Part shown: positions 39,566 to 49,064 of the stretch, piece after piece
Position numbering within the stretch: position 1 is the stretch's first letter
Layout: each line of letters opens with the position of its first letter
Notes under the pieces: model-generated
The model's input: only the letters and a program-made list of their open reading frames with translations
Told to the model about the DNA's origin: nothing
Databases searched by the model: none
Source: Pseudomonadota bacterium
GTDB taxonomy: Bacteria > Pseudomonadota > Gammaproteobacteria > Burkholderiales > Burkholderiaceae_C
DNA length: 64,000 bases
Assembly: GCA_030271615.1 (NCBI GenBank)
Contig: JARXKP010000001.1
Coordinates: 5,743-69,742 of the forward strand
Direction: 5' to 3'
Translations under genes and position numbers: made by a program

Positions 39566-40870
39566 CTAGCGAACGGCACTCAAAGCTGCAATGGGGCTGT
39601 CTCCATTCGGATTGAGCCGAACGGAATCTTGCCCCGCAAGGGCTGGCGTTTTCACCAAATAGTGAACAACCACCACAACCGCCATCAAGTGGTAGATGTA
39701 GTCGAAATACGCCAAGCCCAAGAAAGCTCCTCCCGTGAGGTAAGCCACCATGCTGACCTGAATCATTGCCGCAAGATCACGGGCCCATTGTTGATCCGGA
39801 TTCTGTTTGCTGATTTTAATGATGGAACGGCATTTCAACCACATCAAGATCAGCAACAAGAGAAATAGAAACAGGCCGACAAATCCATGCTCACCCAGCA
39901 CCTTGAAATAGATGCTGTGTGCATCATGAACATCCCCAGGGATAGGGGCGTACTGTTCGAAAACTGGGTATTGCCACATTTCGAATCCGCCCCCGAGGAA
40001 TCGGTGTGTGGCCAGATTCCATGCCGTCCACCAAGCATTGATCCGACCCATTGCAGATCCATCCGATTCGTAGCTGTTGATCGTATTCATTCGCTCATAC
40101 CACGATTCAGGCATGATGCTGACAACTGCCAAGCCAGCAATAATTATAAAGACTGCCGTCACAAACTTGTTACGGCTCTTGATCCAAAAGATAGAACCCG
40201 TTAACAGCAATGCCACCAAGGCCCCCCGGGACTGGCTTCCAATAGCCGCAATGACCGTGAGAAACATACCTACCGACAATCCGAGCTTGACAAGATGGTG
40301 TTTCTCTTGAAGCTGTAAATATCGAATGAGCGGAATAGTCATCACCAACGCCAATGCCAGCTCATTGTTACCACCGATAAATGTTCCAAAGGGTCCCTGC
40401 ACTCGGTAAACCCCTCCATGTAATATAGTAAAGACGCCACCTTTCAAACCATAAAATCCAAGACTGAGAACAAATACCCATACAATAGCATGCACCTTCT
40501 CCTTGGAAGTAAGCATCACAAGAGTAATTATTGTTATAATTTGAATCTTTATTACTTTTGTATACTGAAGATATGCCAAATCTAAATAAAAAGCCTGCGT
40601 CGTTGTTATACCCATCCATATGATAAACAACACAAGAACGGTAACCTCAGGACTCCAGACCATACGCTTGGCCTCTTTCGATACCAGCATTCCAATCATT
40701 GTTGCAATCACGACAATTTGCACAACGGGCATGCTTAGCATGAATCCATAGCACAGCCTATGTGGATTCATGTATCCCAGCCATACCATCAGCAATATTC
40801 CCCAGAAAGGGCGCTTGAAGATAAATGGCAACAAACCAAATACGATTACCGCAAGCGCCAAGTCACGCAT
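39566..40870 (-). CDS. putative O-glycosylation ligase, exosortase A system-associated (O-antigen ligase family), low-GC
   Basis: 434 aa, polytopic. MRDLALAVIVFGLLPFIFKRPFWGILLMVWLGYMNPHRL N-terminus and Wzy_C-type loop (SQSRGALVALLL, HDAHSIYFKVLGEHG). Position matches XrtA loci. Confidence 0.7.
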   Translation of the reverse strand: MRDLALAVIVFGLLPFIFKRPFWGILLMVWLGYMNPHRLCYGFMLSMPVVQIVVIATMIGMLVSKEAKRMVWSPEVTVLVLFIIWMGITTTQAFYLDLAYLQYTKVIKIQIITIITLVMLTSKEKVHAIVWVFVLSLGFYGLKGGVFTILHGGVYRVQGPFGTFIGGNNELALALVMTIPLIRYLQLQEKHHLVKLGLSVGMFLTVIAAIGSQSRGALVALLLTGSIFWIKSRNKFVTAVFIIIAGLAVVSIMPESWYERMNTINSYESDGSAMGRINAWWTAWNLATHRFLGGGFEMWQYPVFEQYAPIPGDVHDAHSIYFKVLGEHGFVGLFLFLLLLILMWLKCRSIIKISKQNPDQQWARDLAAMIQVSMVAYLTGGAFLGLAYFDYIYHLMAVVVVVHYLVKTPALAGQDSVRLNPNGDSPIAALSAVR

Positions 40871-42233
40871 TGGACGCCTCCATCTGCTGATTTTGGGTCA
40901 CGTGACTCACAACATACCGATACTTACCAGATCGCTCCGGGAGTATTTTTTCTACTTGCTCAACAGTGATTTCCACGGGGTTGCCCAACCTGGCCCGTAC
41001 CTTTTCTCGGATGCCGGATACGCAGTTCTGGTCAAAATCATCGTCAGTGACGACCAAGATGCGCACGCGAAGCAAGGTCTCCTGAATGATCTTGAACTGA
41101 CGAACGCCTGGCAGATCACGCAAGACGTAGATCAGCGCCAGTCCGTGCAATACGGTGCCATCGACCGCCACGACAAAGTCCGTGGTACGGCCTTCGATCT
41201 TCTCGATCAGGGGCAGGCCGCGCCCGCAGGCGCATCGTTCGGAACTGAGCGTCGCCACGTCGCCTGTACGGTAGCGAATGAACGGGAAGTCGCCTGTGGC
41301 GAGGTGTGTCACGACGATCTCGCCTGACTGGCCGGGTGCAAGCACGCGGCCCTCGCGGCCCACGATCTCAACCACGAGATCTTCAGCGGTGAGGTGCATG
41401 CCTCCCTGTGGGCACTGGTGTGCAATGAAGCCTGCATCGCGCCCTCCATAGCCATTGGCCACCGGGCAGCCGAACACTCGGCTGATGGTGGAACGCTGCT
41501 CGTCGTAGAGGCGCTCGCTGGTAACAAAGGCCACCTTGATGCCCAAGTCATCCATGCCCTGACCTCGCTTCACGGCATGGTTCGCAATGTGGCTCAGCGC
41601 ACTGGGATAGCCAAACAGCATCTTCGGCTTGCGGCGCCGTATGGCGGCCACGAAACCATCCAGACGGGATTCGCTCATCTCGAACGCAGGCAGCAACTCG
41701 GTGCGCAGCAGCTTGTCGCGCCATGCTCGCACCCGGTCCTGGCTGCCGAGTTCGATGGGCGAACCCCAGACCACGATTTCGGGATCGCCAATGTCTACCC
41801 CCCACCAGCGCGTGGCGCGCCACTTCGCAGCCACGTCGTGGCTGACACGTTCGTTGCCGATGAAGAAAATCAACGGCTCGCCAGAACTGCCTCCCGTGTT
41901 GAAGCGCGCCAGGCCTCGCGCATGCTGGTGCTTCATCGCGTCTGTGTGAGCACGTATCGTGGGCTTGTCCAGCAACGGCAAGGCTTGAAGATCCTCCAAT
42001 CCGCGCACGGCCGTGGGATCGAATTTCAGTCGGCTAAACAGGTCACGGTAGTAAGGCACGTTGACGGCCACGTCTGCCAGCAGGGTACGCAGCCGCTCCA
42101 GCTGGAGCACTTGAAGGCGCTCTGCGGACCACCACTGCGACTCCTCCATCTCGCGCCGCAATGCCACGCTGCTGTGCCGCTTGAAGTACTCATGCAGCGG
42201 GAAAATCGCGTTCGATACGATACGGGTCCACAT
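40863..42233 (-). CDS. phenylacetate--CoA ligase family (CapK / F390-synthetase-like) adenylate-forming enzyme
   Basis: MWTRIVSNAIFPLHEYFKRH start, 4 nt after the upstream stop. Nucleotide-binding loop TGGSSGEPLIFF, plus YRTGD and KYRYV C-terminal motifs. Confidence 0.75.
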   Translation of the reverse strand: MWTRIVSNAIFPLHEYFKRHSSVALRREMEESQWWSAERLQVLQLERLRTLLADVAVNVPYYRDLFSRLKFDPTAVRGLEDLQALPLLDKPTIRAHTDAMKHQHARGLARFNTGGSSGEPLIFFIGNERVSHDVAAKWRATRWWGVDIGDPEIVVWGSPIELGSQDRVRAWRDKLLRTELLPAFEMSESRLDGFVAAIRRRKPKMLFGYPSALSHIANHAVKRGQGMDDLGIKVAFVTSERLYDEQRSTISRVFGCPVANGYGGRDAGFIAHQCPQGGMHLTAEDLVVEIVGREGRVLAPGQSGEIVVTHLATGDFPFIRYRTGDVATLSSERCACGRGLPLIEKIEGRTTDFVVAVDGTVLHGLALIYVLRDLPGVRQFKIIQETLLRVRILVVTDDDFDQNCVSGIREKVRARLGNPVEITVEQVEKILPERSGKYRYVVSHVTQNQQMEASNA

Positions 42234-42237
42234 GGAT

Positions 42238-43497
42238 TCAGCGCTCCGGTGCCATGCCGGCACGCCAGGCGGTACCCGAATGAGCACGCTGCGTGATCGC
42301 GCGAAATTCGGCGTCCAACTCGTCTACACGACGATCCCATGCGTGAGCCTCGGCGTAGACGCGGATGGCGGCACGATCCCAGGTGCGGTTCAGGGCATCG
42401 AGCAGCCCCTTCGCCAGCGCCGGTGCGTCGTCGAAAGGCACGATCATCCCAACAGCCGACGTCGCCACGACTTCGCGATTTCCGCCCACGTCGGTCGTGA
42501 CCACCGGCAGGCCGCAGGCCATGGCTTCCAGGAAGACGTTGGCCCAGCCTTCGTTGCGCGTGGCCAGCACGAATACATCGGCTGCCGACAGCACTCGGCG
42601 CAACTCGGTGGGCAGCAGTGGTCCGGTGAAGTGCACTTGCGCTTCGATGCCGAGTTCACGGGCCTGTTTTTGCAGGCGATCTGTCCAATCGCCCTCGGGG
42701 CTGGGGCCACCGACCACCAGGTAGTGCAAAGGGGTTGACTGACGCAGGCCCTCAACCAGCGCCGGAAGACAGTCCATGACACGGTGAAAGCCCTTGCGTT
42801 CGCACAGCCCACCCACACTGACCAGCACCGCAGCATCATCGGGCAGGCCGAGGGTCGACCGTGCGGCGGCGCGGTCCACGGGCTGGAATCGGTCGAGGTC
42901 GACGCCGTTGCCAATCACTCGCGAACGCTCGGGCGCAAGGCCCAGTTTCAAGGCCACCTGACGGAGCGAGTCGGAGACTGCGAACACCAAGGTGGCTCTT
43001 TTTAGAGCCCGTGCCAGCAAGGGACGCAGCACGGCATCGCGCGCGTGACGCTCTTCGGTTCCACGCAAAGTGATGGTGACCGGTACGCCGAGCCAGCGGC
43101 CCAGCAGACCTGCGGCATAGCCATCTGGGTAGCCAAAGTGCGCGTCGATGATGTCGAGACGGCCTGCAGCCTTGAGTGCGCGCATCTGAGACCAGGCCCC
43201 CAGAGCCATGGAGAGACCATCGAAACGCTTCAACATCCCCGGGAGGCTGAAGAAACGTGGGAACCAGACATCATGGTCGTCCTGACGCTCGAAATGGGGT
43301 GCACCCGGGCGGAACCCCGGGCGCCAGCGACGCAAGAGGCCCTGCAACGGGAACCAGGGCACAGGGGACACCACGGTCAAGGGCAACCGCCGCCCGAGGC
43401 GGAACATTCGCTCGCGGATGAACAGCCCGGCCCCGGGCTGGCGGCCGCTGGGAAACAGGCTGCTCAGCACCACGATGTGCGGGCCCGTGTCAGGCAT
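42238..43497 (-). CDS. glycosyltransferase family 4
   Basis: MPDTGPHIVVLSSLFPSGRQPGAGLFIRER.. start overlaps the upstream stop (ATGCCTGA). NEGWANVFLEAMACGLPVVTTDVGGNREVV. Confidence 0.8.
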   Translation of the reverse strand: MPDTGPHIVVLSSLFPSGRQPGAGLFIRERMFRLGRRLPLTVVSPVPWFPLQGLLRRWRPGFRPGAPHFERQDDHDVWFPRFFSLPGMLKRFDGLSMALGAWSQMRALKAAGRLDIIDAHFGYPDGYAAGLLGRWLGVPVTITLRGTEERHARDAVLRPLLARALKRATLVFAVSDSLRQVALKLGLAPERSRVIGNGVDLDRFQPVDRAAARSTLGLPDDAAVLVSVGGLCERKGFHRVMDCLPALVEGLRQSTPLHYLVVGGPSPEGDWTDRLQKQARELGIEAQVHFTGPLLPTELRRVLSAADVFVLATRNEGWANVFLEAMACGLPVVTTDVGGNREVVATSAVGMIVPFDDAPALAKGLLDALNRTWDRAAIRVYAEAHAWDRRVDELDAEFRAITQRAHSGTAWRAGMAPER

Positions 43498-44701
43498 GCG
43501 CTGCTGCCTCGGCCAAGCTGGCGTATACCGGCGCATATCGCGCCACGCTCGCGGCCCAGTTGCGTTCGGCTTCGACAAAGCGCCGGCCGGCCTGGCGCAG
43601 GCGTGGCCATTCGTTGCGCCGATCGAGCAGCGCTTCCACCGACGACGCCAACGCACCAGCACTGCCAGCCTTGAAAAGCCAGCCCGTTTCACCGTGCCGA
43701 ATGAGCTCCTTGTGCCCACCCACGTCGCTGGCGACCAGCAGACGCCCCTGCGCCATGGCTTCGAGTGGCTTGAGCGGCGTGACGAGTTCGGTCAAACGCA
43801 TCGAATGCCTCGGATAGGCCAGCACGTCGACCAGGTCGTAATAGCGCTGCACTTCGGCATGCGGAACACGGCCAGTGAAGACCACCTTGTCGGCCAGACC
43901 GAGGCGCTGCACCTGCGCTCTGAGCGCATCGTCCTGCGGCCCCCCACCCACCAGCAGAGCACGCACCTCAGGGCGTTTCTGCAACAGCGCGGGCATCGCA
44001 TCGAGCAGCAGGTCGAGTCCTTCATAGGCGTAGAAGCTGCCGATGAAGCCCACCACCGTGGCACCGGTCAGCCCCAGGGTCGCCTTGAGCGTGTCGTCAG
44101 GCTGCCCCCCGGGTTCGAAGGATTCGATGTCCACGGCATTGGGGATCACCGTGACCTTGTCGGCCGCAATGCCGCGCCGGGCAATGTCGTGACGCAGCCC
44201 TTCGCAAATGGTGAATACATGCGCAGCCTGTCGCAGCGCATGCGTCTCCAGCCGCCGCGTCAAGCGATAACGCAGGCTGCCTTCGCGTGTGGTGCCATGG
44301 TCGACGGCGGCGTCCTCCCAGAATGCACGAACCTCGTAGACCACCGGGATGCCAAGCTGGCGGCCGACACGAAGCGCGGGAATCGCGTTCAGCACCGGCG
44401 AATGCGCGTGCAGGATGTCCGGGCGCACCTTCTTTGCGACCTCCAGCAACCGAGCCTGCGTCTGCTTGATCAGCGCCACCTCGGCGAGGCCGGGCAAGCT
44501 GGCGCCGGTGGGCGCAGACGTGCGATAGAAATGCCAGCCATCGACGGTTTCTTCGGCACCCGAGGGCTCGGTGTGTTTGGGGCTGGTGAGGTGGTATGTC
44601 TCCCAACCCAGGAGGCGCTGCTCTCGCAGAATGGACAGTGTGCGAAAGGTGTAGCCACTGTGCAGGGGAATGGAATGATCCAGGACGTGGAGGATGCGCA
44701 A
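43490..44701 (-). CDS. PEP-CTERM/XrtA system glycosyltransferase (GT4, Daro_2409-like family)
   Basis: (L/M)RILHVLDHSIPLHSGYTFRTLSILREQRLLGW.., ELVTPLKPLEAMAQGRLLVASDVGGHKELI. TTG 44701 gives the canonical N-terminus 1 nt after the upstream stop. The track ORF extends to 44752. Confidence 0.75.
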   Translation of the reverse strand: MRILHVLDHSIPLHSGYTFRTLSILREQRLLGWETYHLTSPKHTEPSGAEETVDGWHFYRTSAPTGASLPGLAEVALIKQTQARLLEVAKKVRPDILHAHSPVLNAIPALRVGRQLGIPVVYEVRAFWEDAAVDHGTTREGSLRYRLTRRLETHALRQAAHVFTICEGLRHDIARRGIAADKVTVIPNAVDIESFEPGGQPDDTLKATLGLTGATVVGFIGSFYAYEGLDLLLDAMPALLQKRPEVRALLVGGGPQDDALRAQVQRLGLADKVVFTGRVPHAEVQRYYDLVDVLAYPRHSMRLTELVTPLKPLEAMAQGRLLVASDVGGHKELIRHGETGWLFKAGSAGALASSVEALLDRRNEWPRLRQAGRRFVEAERNWAASVARYAPVYASLAEAAAHA

Positions 44702-44702
44702 A

Positions 44703-45752
44703 TCAGACCCCGATGACAAAACGACTGCGCGGCCCGAGGACGCGGCGAACAACGGTCACCACCGCCACGCTGACAGCGAGCGCCACAACCGCAGCAACAG
44801 CAACACCCCAAACGCCACCTTCAGGCAGATTTCCGGCGAGGCGGGTGAAACCAAGTTTCCCAGCGTAAATGACATACGGGTGCACGAAGTAAATGCCGAA
44901 ACTCAAGTTGCCGGTCAAGGTGAGCAAAGGGACCTGGCGGCGTCCCAACCTCAGCAAGGCGGCCAGCAAGAACAACATCAAGGCAACCTTCTGCAAGTAG
45001 CCCAGGTAGGTGTGGGTTCCCGCCGTGAATGCCAGTTCGGCGGCGGCAAGGACGATCGCTAGCAACAGAAGAGGCAACAGGTGGCCCCTCAGCAAGGACT
45101 CTGTCTGCAAACGAAACCGGCAACACGCCATGCCCAGAACCCAGATGGCCAGGAAGTGCCCGAAATTCATCAGGGCATTGTGGCTACGCGGCACCCACAG
45201 CGGGATCAGGAACAGCAGAGGAAGCACGACAAACGCAGAGTCACGGCGGAACGCCGTGATCAGGATCGGTGCCATCGCATAGAACACCACGATCGTGGGA
45301 ATGAACCAGAACGGACCAATGTGCGCGCCGGTAAGCAGGAACTCCAGGGATTGCAACCAGACCGGTTGATCGTAAAAACCCACCCTGACATCGTCTTGCA
45401 CAGCTCCGTGGGTGAACATGAAGATGGCCGGTATCGACATCACGACGTACGGGAGCACGACGAAACGCAGCTTCTTCGACCAGAAATCAAGAACGCGGAA
45501 ACGGCCGGACAGATGCTCGAACAGATATCCCGAAATGAACAGAAAAAACAAGGTGCCGTTGGCAAATCCATACGCGAACCAACGCTTGACCTCGGCGTGA
45601 TCGGTCCAGTCGAAGATGCTCAGCGAGTGCGTGGCGACAATGAATATCACCGCCAGGCCGCGGAAATTGTGGATGTGCGGGATTTTCGTGACGCCCACTA
45701 GCAACGACTTCGATGCAGCCGGCACAGTCGCGGTGGCGGCAATGTCACTCAC
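44703..45752 (-). CDS. acyltransferase family 3 (membrane O-acyltransferase)
   Basis: IHNFRGLAVIFIVATHSL motif. 349 aa, polytopic. Confidence 0.75.
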   Translation of the reverse strand: MSDIAATATVPAASKSLLVGVTKIPHIHNFRGLAVIFIVATHSLSIFDWTDHAEVKRWFAYGFANGTLFFLFISGYLFEHLSGRFRVLDFWSKKLRFVVLPYVVMSIPAIFMFTHGAVQDDVRVGFYDQPVWLQSLEFLLTGAHIGPFWFIPTIVVFYAMAPILITAFRRDSAFVVLPLLFLIPLWVPRSHNALMNFGHFLAIWVLGMACCRFRLQTESLLRGHLLPLLLLAIVLAAAELAFTAGTHTYLGYLQKVALMLFLLAALLRLGRRQVPLLTLTGNLSFGIYFVHPYVIYAGKLGFTRLAGNLPEGGVWGVAVAAVVALAVSVAVVTVVRRVLGPRSRFVIGV

Positions 45753-45853
45753 GGCTGGGCCCAGACATGGCTTCCGCTTGGAAGTTGCCCAGGTCCTTTC
45801 GAATCACCTGCCGCGTACCTGCGTCCGCCATGGCGCCCGTCGGGAGTGCCGAA

Positions 45854-47815
45854 TCAGACGAGCAACTCATGCCGTTCTTCCGTGCGAGAGAGCGAGTAAC
45901 CTTCAGCCCCATCCACCACATTGCGCAGAAACGCCTCGAACATCAGCAGCGTCCACAGCGGCGCGCTGTAGTCGCTGGCGCCACTCTGGTGCGCATCGAC
46001 CAGATGCTGCAGGTACGGCCGATCGAACCAGCCGGTCGATCCGAGGCGGTCGCCGAGCACCGCGTCACGGACACGTTGCTTCAGCGGCCCTCGGAACCAT
46101 TGCGCGAGCGGCACCGAGAACCCCATCTTCGGCCGATAGAGCACTTCAGTCGGCAGCTGCGGCTCCATGGCTTTCTTGAGCAGGAACTTGCCCTCTTGGC
46201 CTCGGACCTTCATCGACGACGGCAATGTGGCCAACCACTCGATCAGCTTGTGATCCATCAGCGGCTCGCGCACTTCCAGCGAATGGGCCATGCTGGCGCG
46301 GTCGACCTTGGTGTTGATGTCGCCCACCAGGTAGGTCTTCAAGTCGAGATACTGGATCAGCGCCAGCGGGTCGTCAGTGCGCGCACGGCCCGCATGGAAG
46401 TCGAATACCTCCTGCGCGCTGTAGCCCGCCAGCTCGCGCTTCAGCGCAGGACTGAATAGCTTGGCGCGCATCGGGCCGCGCAGGATCGACACCGAGTGAC
46501 AGTAGGCCTCGACCGCGGTACGAGACATGCCTTCGAAGGTGGTTTTTGCCCTCAGCACGCGCGGCGCCCAGTCCGCCTTGGGGTAGACACGCCCCAGCAA
46601 TCCGAACAGCGGCTGGCGGATGCCGGCGGGCAATGCCGAGCGCATGCGCTCTTCCATCAGGTGCAGTCGGTAGCGGCGGTAGCCCCCGAAGGTTTCGTCG
46701 CCGCCGTCGCCGGACAGCGCCACCGTCACATGCTTGCGCGCCAGCTGGCACACGCGGTACGTCGGGATGGCCGAGCTGTCGGCATAGGGCTCGTCATACA
46801 GACGTGCCAATGTGTCGATGAGGTCGAAGTCGTCAGACTTCACGGTCTCGACGCGGTGGTTGGTGGCGTAGCGCGAAGCCACCATCGCGGCAAATTCGCT
46901 CTCGTTGAACTTCGGATCGTCGAACGCGATGGAGCAGGTGTTGACCGGCCCGGCCGACAACCCGGCCATCGTCGCCACCACCGCACTGGAGTCGACGCCG
47001 CCCGACAAGAACGCACCCAGCGGCACCTCCGAGATCATGCGAAGGCGCACTGACTCCTGGAGCCTGTGCTGCAGCTCAGCGCAAGCGTCTTCAAGACCGA
47101 TGGGGTTGTCCAGCGTGAAGCGCACGTCCCAGTATTCCCGGGGCTCTCCCACCGGCTCGCCTCGGCAAATGGCCAACGTGTACCCAGGCGGCAGCTTCCT
47201 CGCCTGACGAAAGATGGTGCGCGGCTCGGCAACGTACCCGAGCGCGAAATATTCCTCGATGGCCAGCGGGTCGATGTCGCGTTTCAGGGCGCTGCCCTGC
47301 GGCCCCCGATAAGCCAGCAGCGACTTCAGTTCACTGCCGAACAGCAGGGTGCCATCGTCCAGCAGCGCGTAGTAGAGCGGCTTGACGCCCATCCGGTCGC
47401 GAGCCATGAAGAGCATCTGGCGATTGCGGTCCCACAACACGAAGGCGAACATACCGCGAAAGCGCTCGACGCAGGCCTCGCCCCACTGCTCCCAGGCGTG
47501 CACGATGACCTCAGTGTCGCTCTTGGTGTGGAAACGGTGCCCGGCGGCCTGCAGTTCGGGGATCAGTTCCTGGTAGTTGTAGATCTCGCCATTGAAGACG
47601 ACCACCACCGAGCCATCTTCATTGAACAGCGGCTGCTGGCCCGTGGCCACGTCGATGATGGACAGGCGCCTGTGTCCGAAGCCCACACCAGGCTCGATGT
47701 GCAGGCTGCCTTCGTCGGGGCCGCGATGCAGTTGCGAGTCGTTCATGCGCTGCAACACCGCGCGGTCGATGTCGCGTGCCTGGCGCGTGTCGAAAAGACC
47801 GGTGATGCCGCACAT
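45854..47815 (-). CDS. XrtA/PEP-CTERM system amidotransferase (asparagine synthase, glutamine-hydrolysing family)
   Basis: MCGITGLFD with intact Cys2 nucleophile. HRGPD, RDRMGVKPLYY, PP-loop FLSGGVDSS. 653 aa. Position next to xrtA as in the canonical locus. Confidence 0.85.
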   Translation of the reverse strand: MCGITGLFDTRQARDIDRAVLQRMNDSQLHRGPDEGSLHIEPGVGFGHRRLSIIDVATGQQPLFNEDGSVVVVFNGEIYNYQELIPELQAAGHRFHTKSDTEVIVHAWEQWGEACVERFRGMFAFVLWDRNRQMLFMARDRMGVKPLYYALLDDGTLLFGSELKSLLAYRGPQGSALKRDIDPLAIEEYFALGYVAEPRTIFRQARKLPPGYTLAICRGEPVGEPREYWDVRFTLDNPIGLEDACAELQHRLQESVRLRMISEVPLGAFLSGGVDSSAVVATMAGLSAGPVNTCSIAFDDPKFNESEFAAMVASRYATNHRVETVKSDDFDLIDTLARLYDEPYADSSAIPTYRVCQLARKHVTVALSGDGGDETFGGYRRYRLHLMEERMRSALPAGIRQPLFGLLGRVYPKADWAPRVLRAKTTFEGMSRTAVEAYCHSVSILRGPMRAKLFSPALKRELAGYSAQEVFDFHAGRARTDDPLALIQYLDLKTYLVGDINTKVDRASMAHSLEVREPLMDHKLIEWLATLPSSMKVRGQEGKFLLKKAMEPQLPTEVLYRPKMGFSVPLAQWFRGPLKQRVRDAVLGDRLGSTGWFDRPYLQHLVDAHQSGASDYSAPLWTLLMFEAFLRNVVDGAEGYSLSRTEERHELLV

Positions 47816-47839
47816 GGTGTTCAGTTCCGATTCACGTCG

Positions 47840-49012
47840 TCAGATAGTCCGATCGGCCAGCAGCCGGTCATAAAGGGCCTGGTAGGCGCCCACCATCGCC
47901 GGCAGGCTGAAGTGCTGCTCGACACGAGCCCGCCCCGCTCTGCCCATCGCTGCGGCACGCGCCGGGTCAGCTGACATGCGGAGCAAGCCCGAGGCCATTA
48001 ATTCGGCGTCACCCGCAGCCACCAAATCACCCGTGTTGCCGTTCAGTACCAGTTCGGCATTGCCGCCGACATCTGTAGCCAGAACAGGCAGACCAGAAGC
48101 CATGCACTCCAGGATGGTATTCGAGACGCCCTCGGCCAGAGATGGCAGCACGAAGCAATCGAGCCCACGCATGACATTTGGCACATCCGCGCGCTCACCG
48201 GGCAGCCATGCCAGGTGACCCACGCCTGCCGCGTTCAGCAGCGCCTGCGCTTCGGTCCGCAACGGACCCTCGCCGACCATCACCAGACGCAACCGATCGC
48301 GCTGTGCGGGCTGCAGCTGCAGGGCGCGAATGAATGCCTGGGCGAGCAGCGTCTGAGCCTTGACCGTCTGCATGCGGCCCACGGTGCCGAAAACGAACAG
48401 CGCCGGATCGGAGAAGGGACAACCCTGGACCACAGTGCGCGGGCCCGGCTGAACGTGGAAGCGCTGGATATCGACGCCGTTGTAGATCTGGGCGATGCGC
48501 ATCGCCGGCACACCCACCTTCTGGTCCAGGTAGCCGGCCAGATCGCGCGACAGCGTCACGTAGTGGTGCACGAAGGGCCGATAGGCGCGACGCATCCACT
48601 GATAACGCCGACGGGTGCCATCAAGGTCGTCGACATCTCGGCCGTGCTCGCCATGGATACGCACCGGAACACCCGCCATTGCAGCCGGCACCTGGCACTC
48701 CAGCGCCGCGAGGTTTCGGGTGTGCACGATGGCAGGTCGGAGTTCGGCGAACAGGCGCTGCAGTCGCGGGTAAAGCTTCACGCCGTGACCCGCAGGCTTG
48801 TGCAACGAAACCAGCTCGACGTCTTCACGGCGGATGCGATCCGCGAACGCGGGCACCACCTCAGTGAGCGCCACCACGGCATGCCGATAGGCGGACACAG
48901 GCATGTGGTTGATGAGGTTCACGACACCGTTCTCGAGGCCGCCAGTGTCGAAACGATAGACCACGTGCAGGACCAGCGGACGCGGATCACGGACCGCTGG
49001 GTCTTGAGTCAT
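47840..49012 (-). CDS. PEP-CTERM/XrtA system glycosyltransferase (TIGR03088-like GT4)
   Basis: PLVLHVVYRFDTGGLENGVVNLINHMP.., EGVSNTILECMASGLPVLATDVGGNAELV. Start taken at Met 49012 (track ORF extends to 49099). Confidence 0.75.
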   Translation of the reverse strand: MTQDPAVRDPRPLVLHVVYRFDTGGLENGVVNLINHMPVSAYRHAVVALTEVVPAFADRIRREDVELVSLHKPAGHGVKLYPRLQRLFAELRPAIVHTRNLAALECQVPAAMAGVPVRIHGEHGRDVDDLDGTRRRYQWMRRAYRPFVHHYVTLSRDLAGYLDQKVGVPAMRIAQIYNGVDIQRFHVQPGPRTVVQGCPFSDPALFVFGTVGRMQTVKAQTLLAQAFIRALQLQPAQRDRLRLVMVGEGPLRTEAQALLNAAGVGHLAWLPGERADVPNVMRGLDCFVLPSLAEGVSNTILECMASGLPVLATDVGGNAELVLNGNTGDLVAAGDAELMASGLLRMSADPARAAAMGRAGRARVEQHFSLPAMVGAYQALYDRLLADRTI

Positions 49013-49064
49013 TTCGTGAAGGTATCGTTCATGCGTGGAATCATGTTGCTCGAAGCTGTTGTGT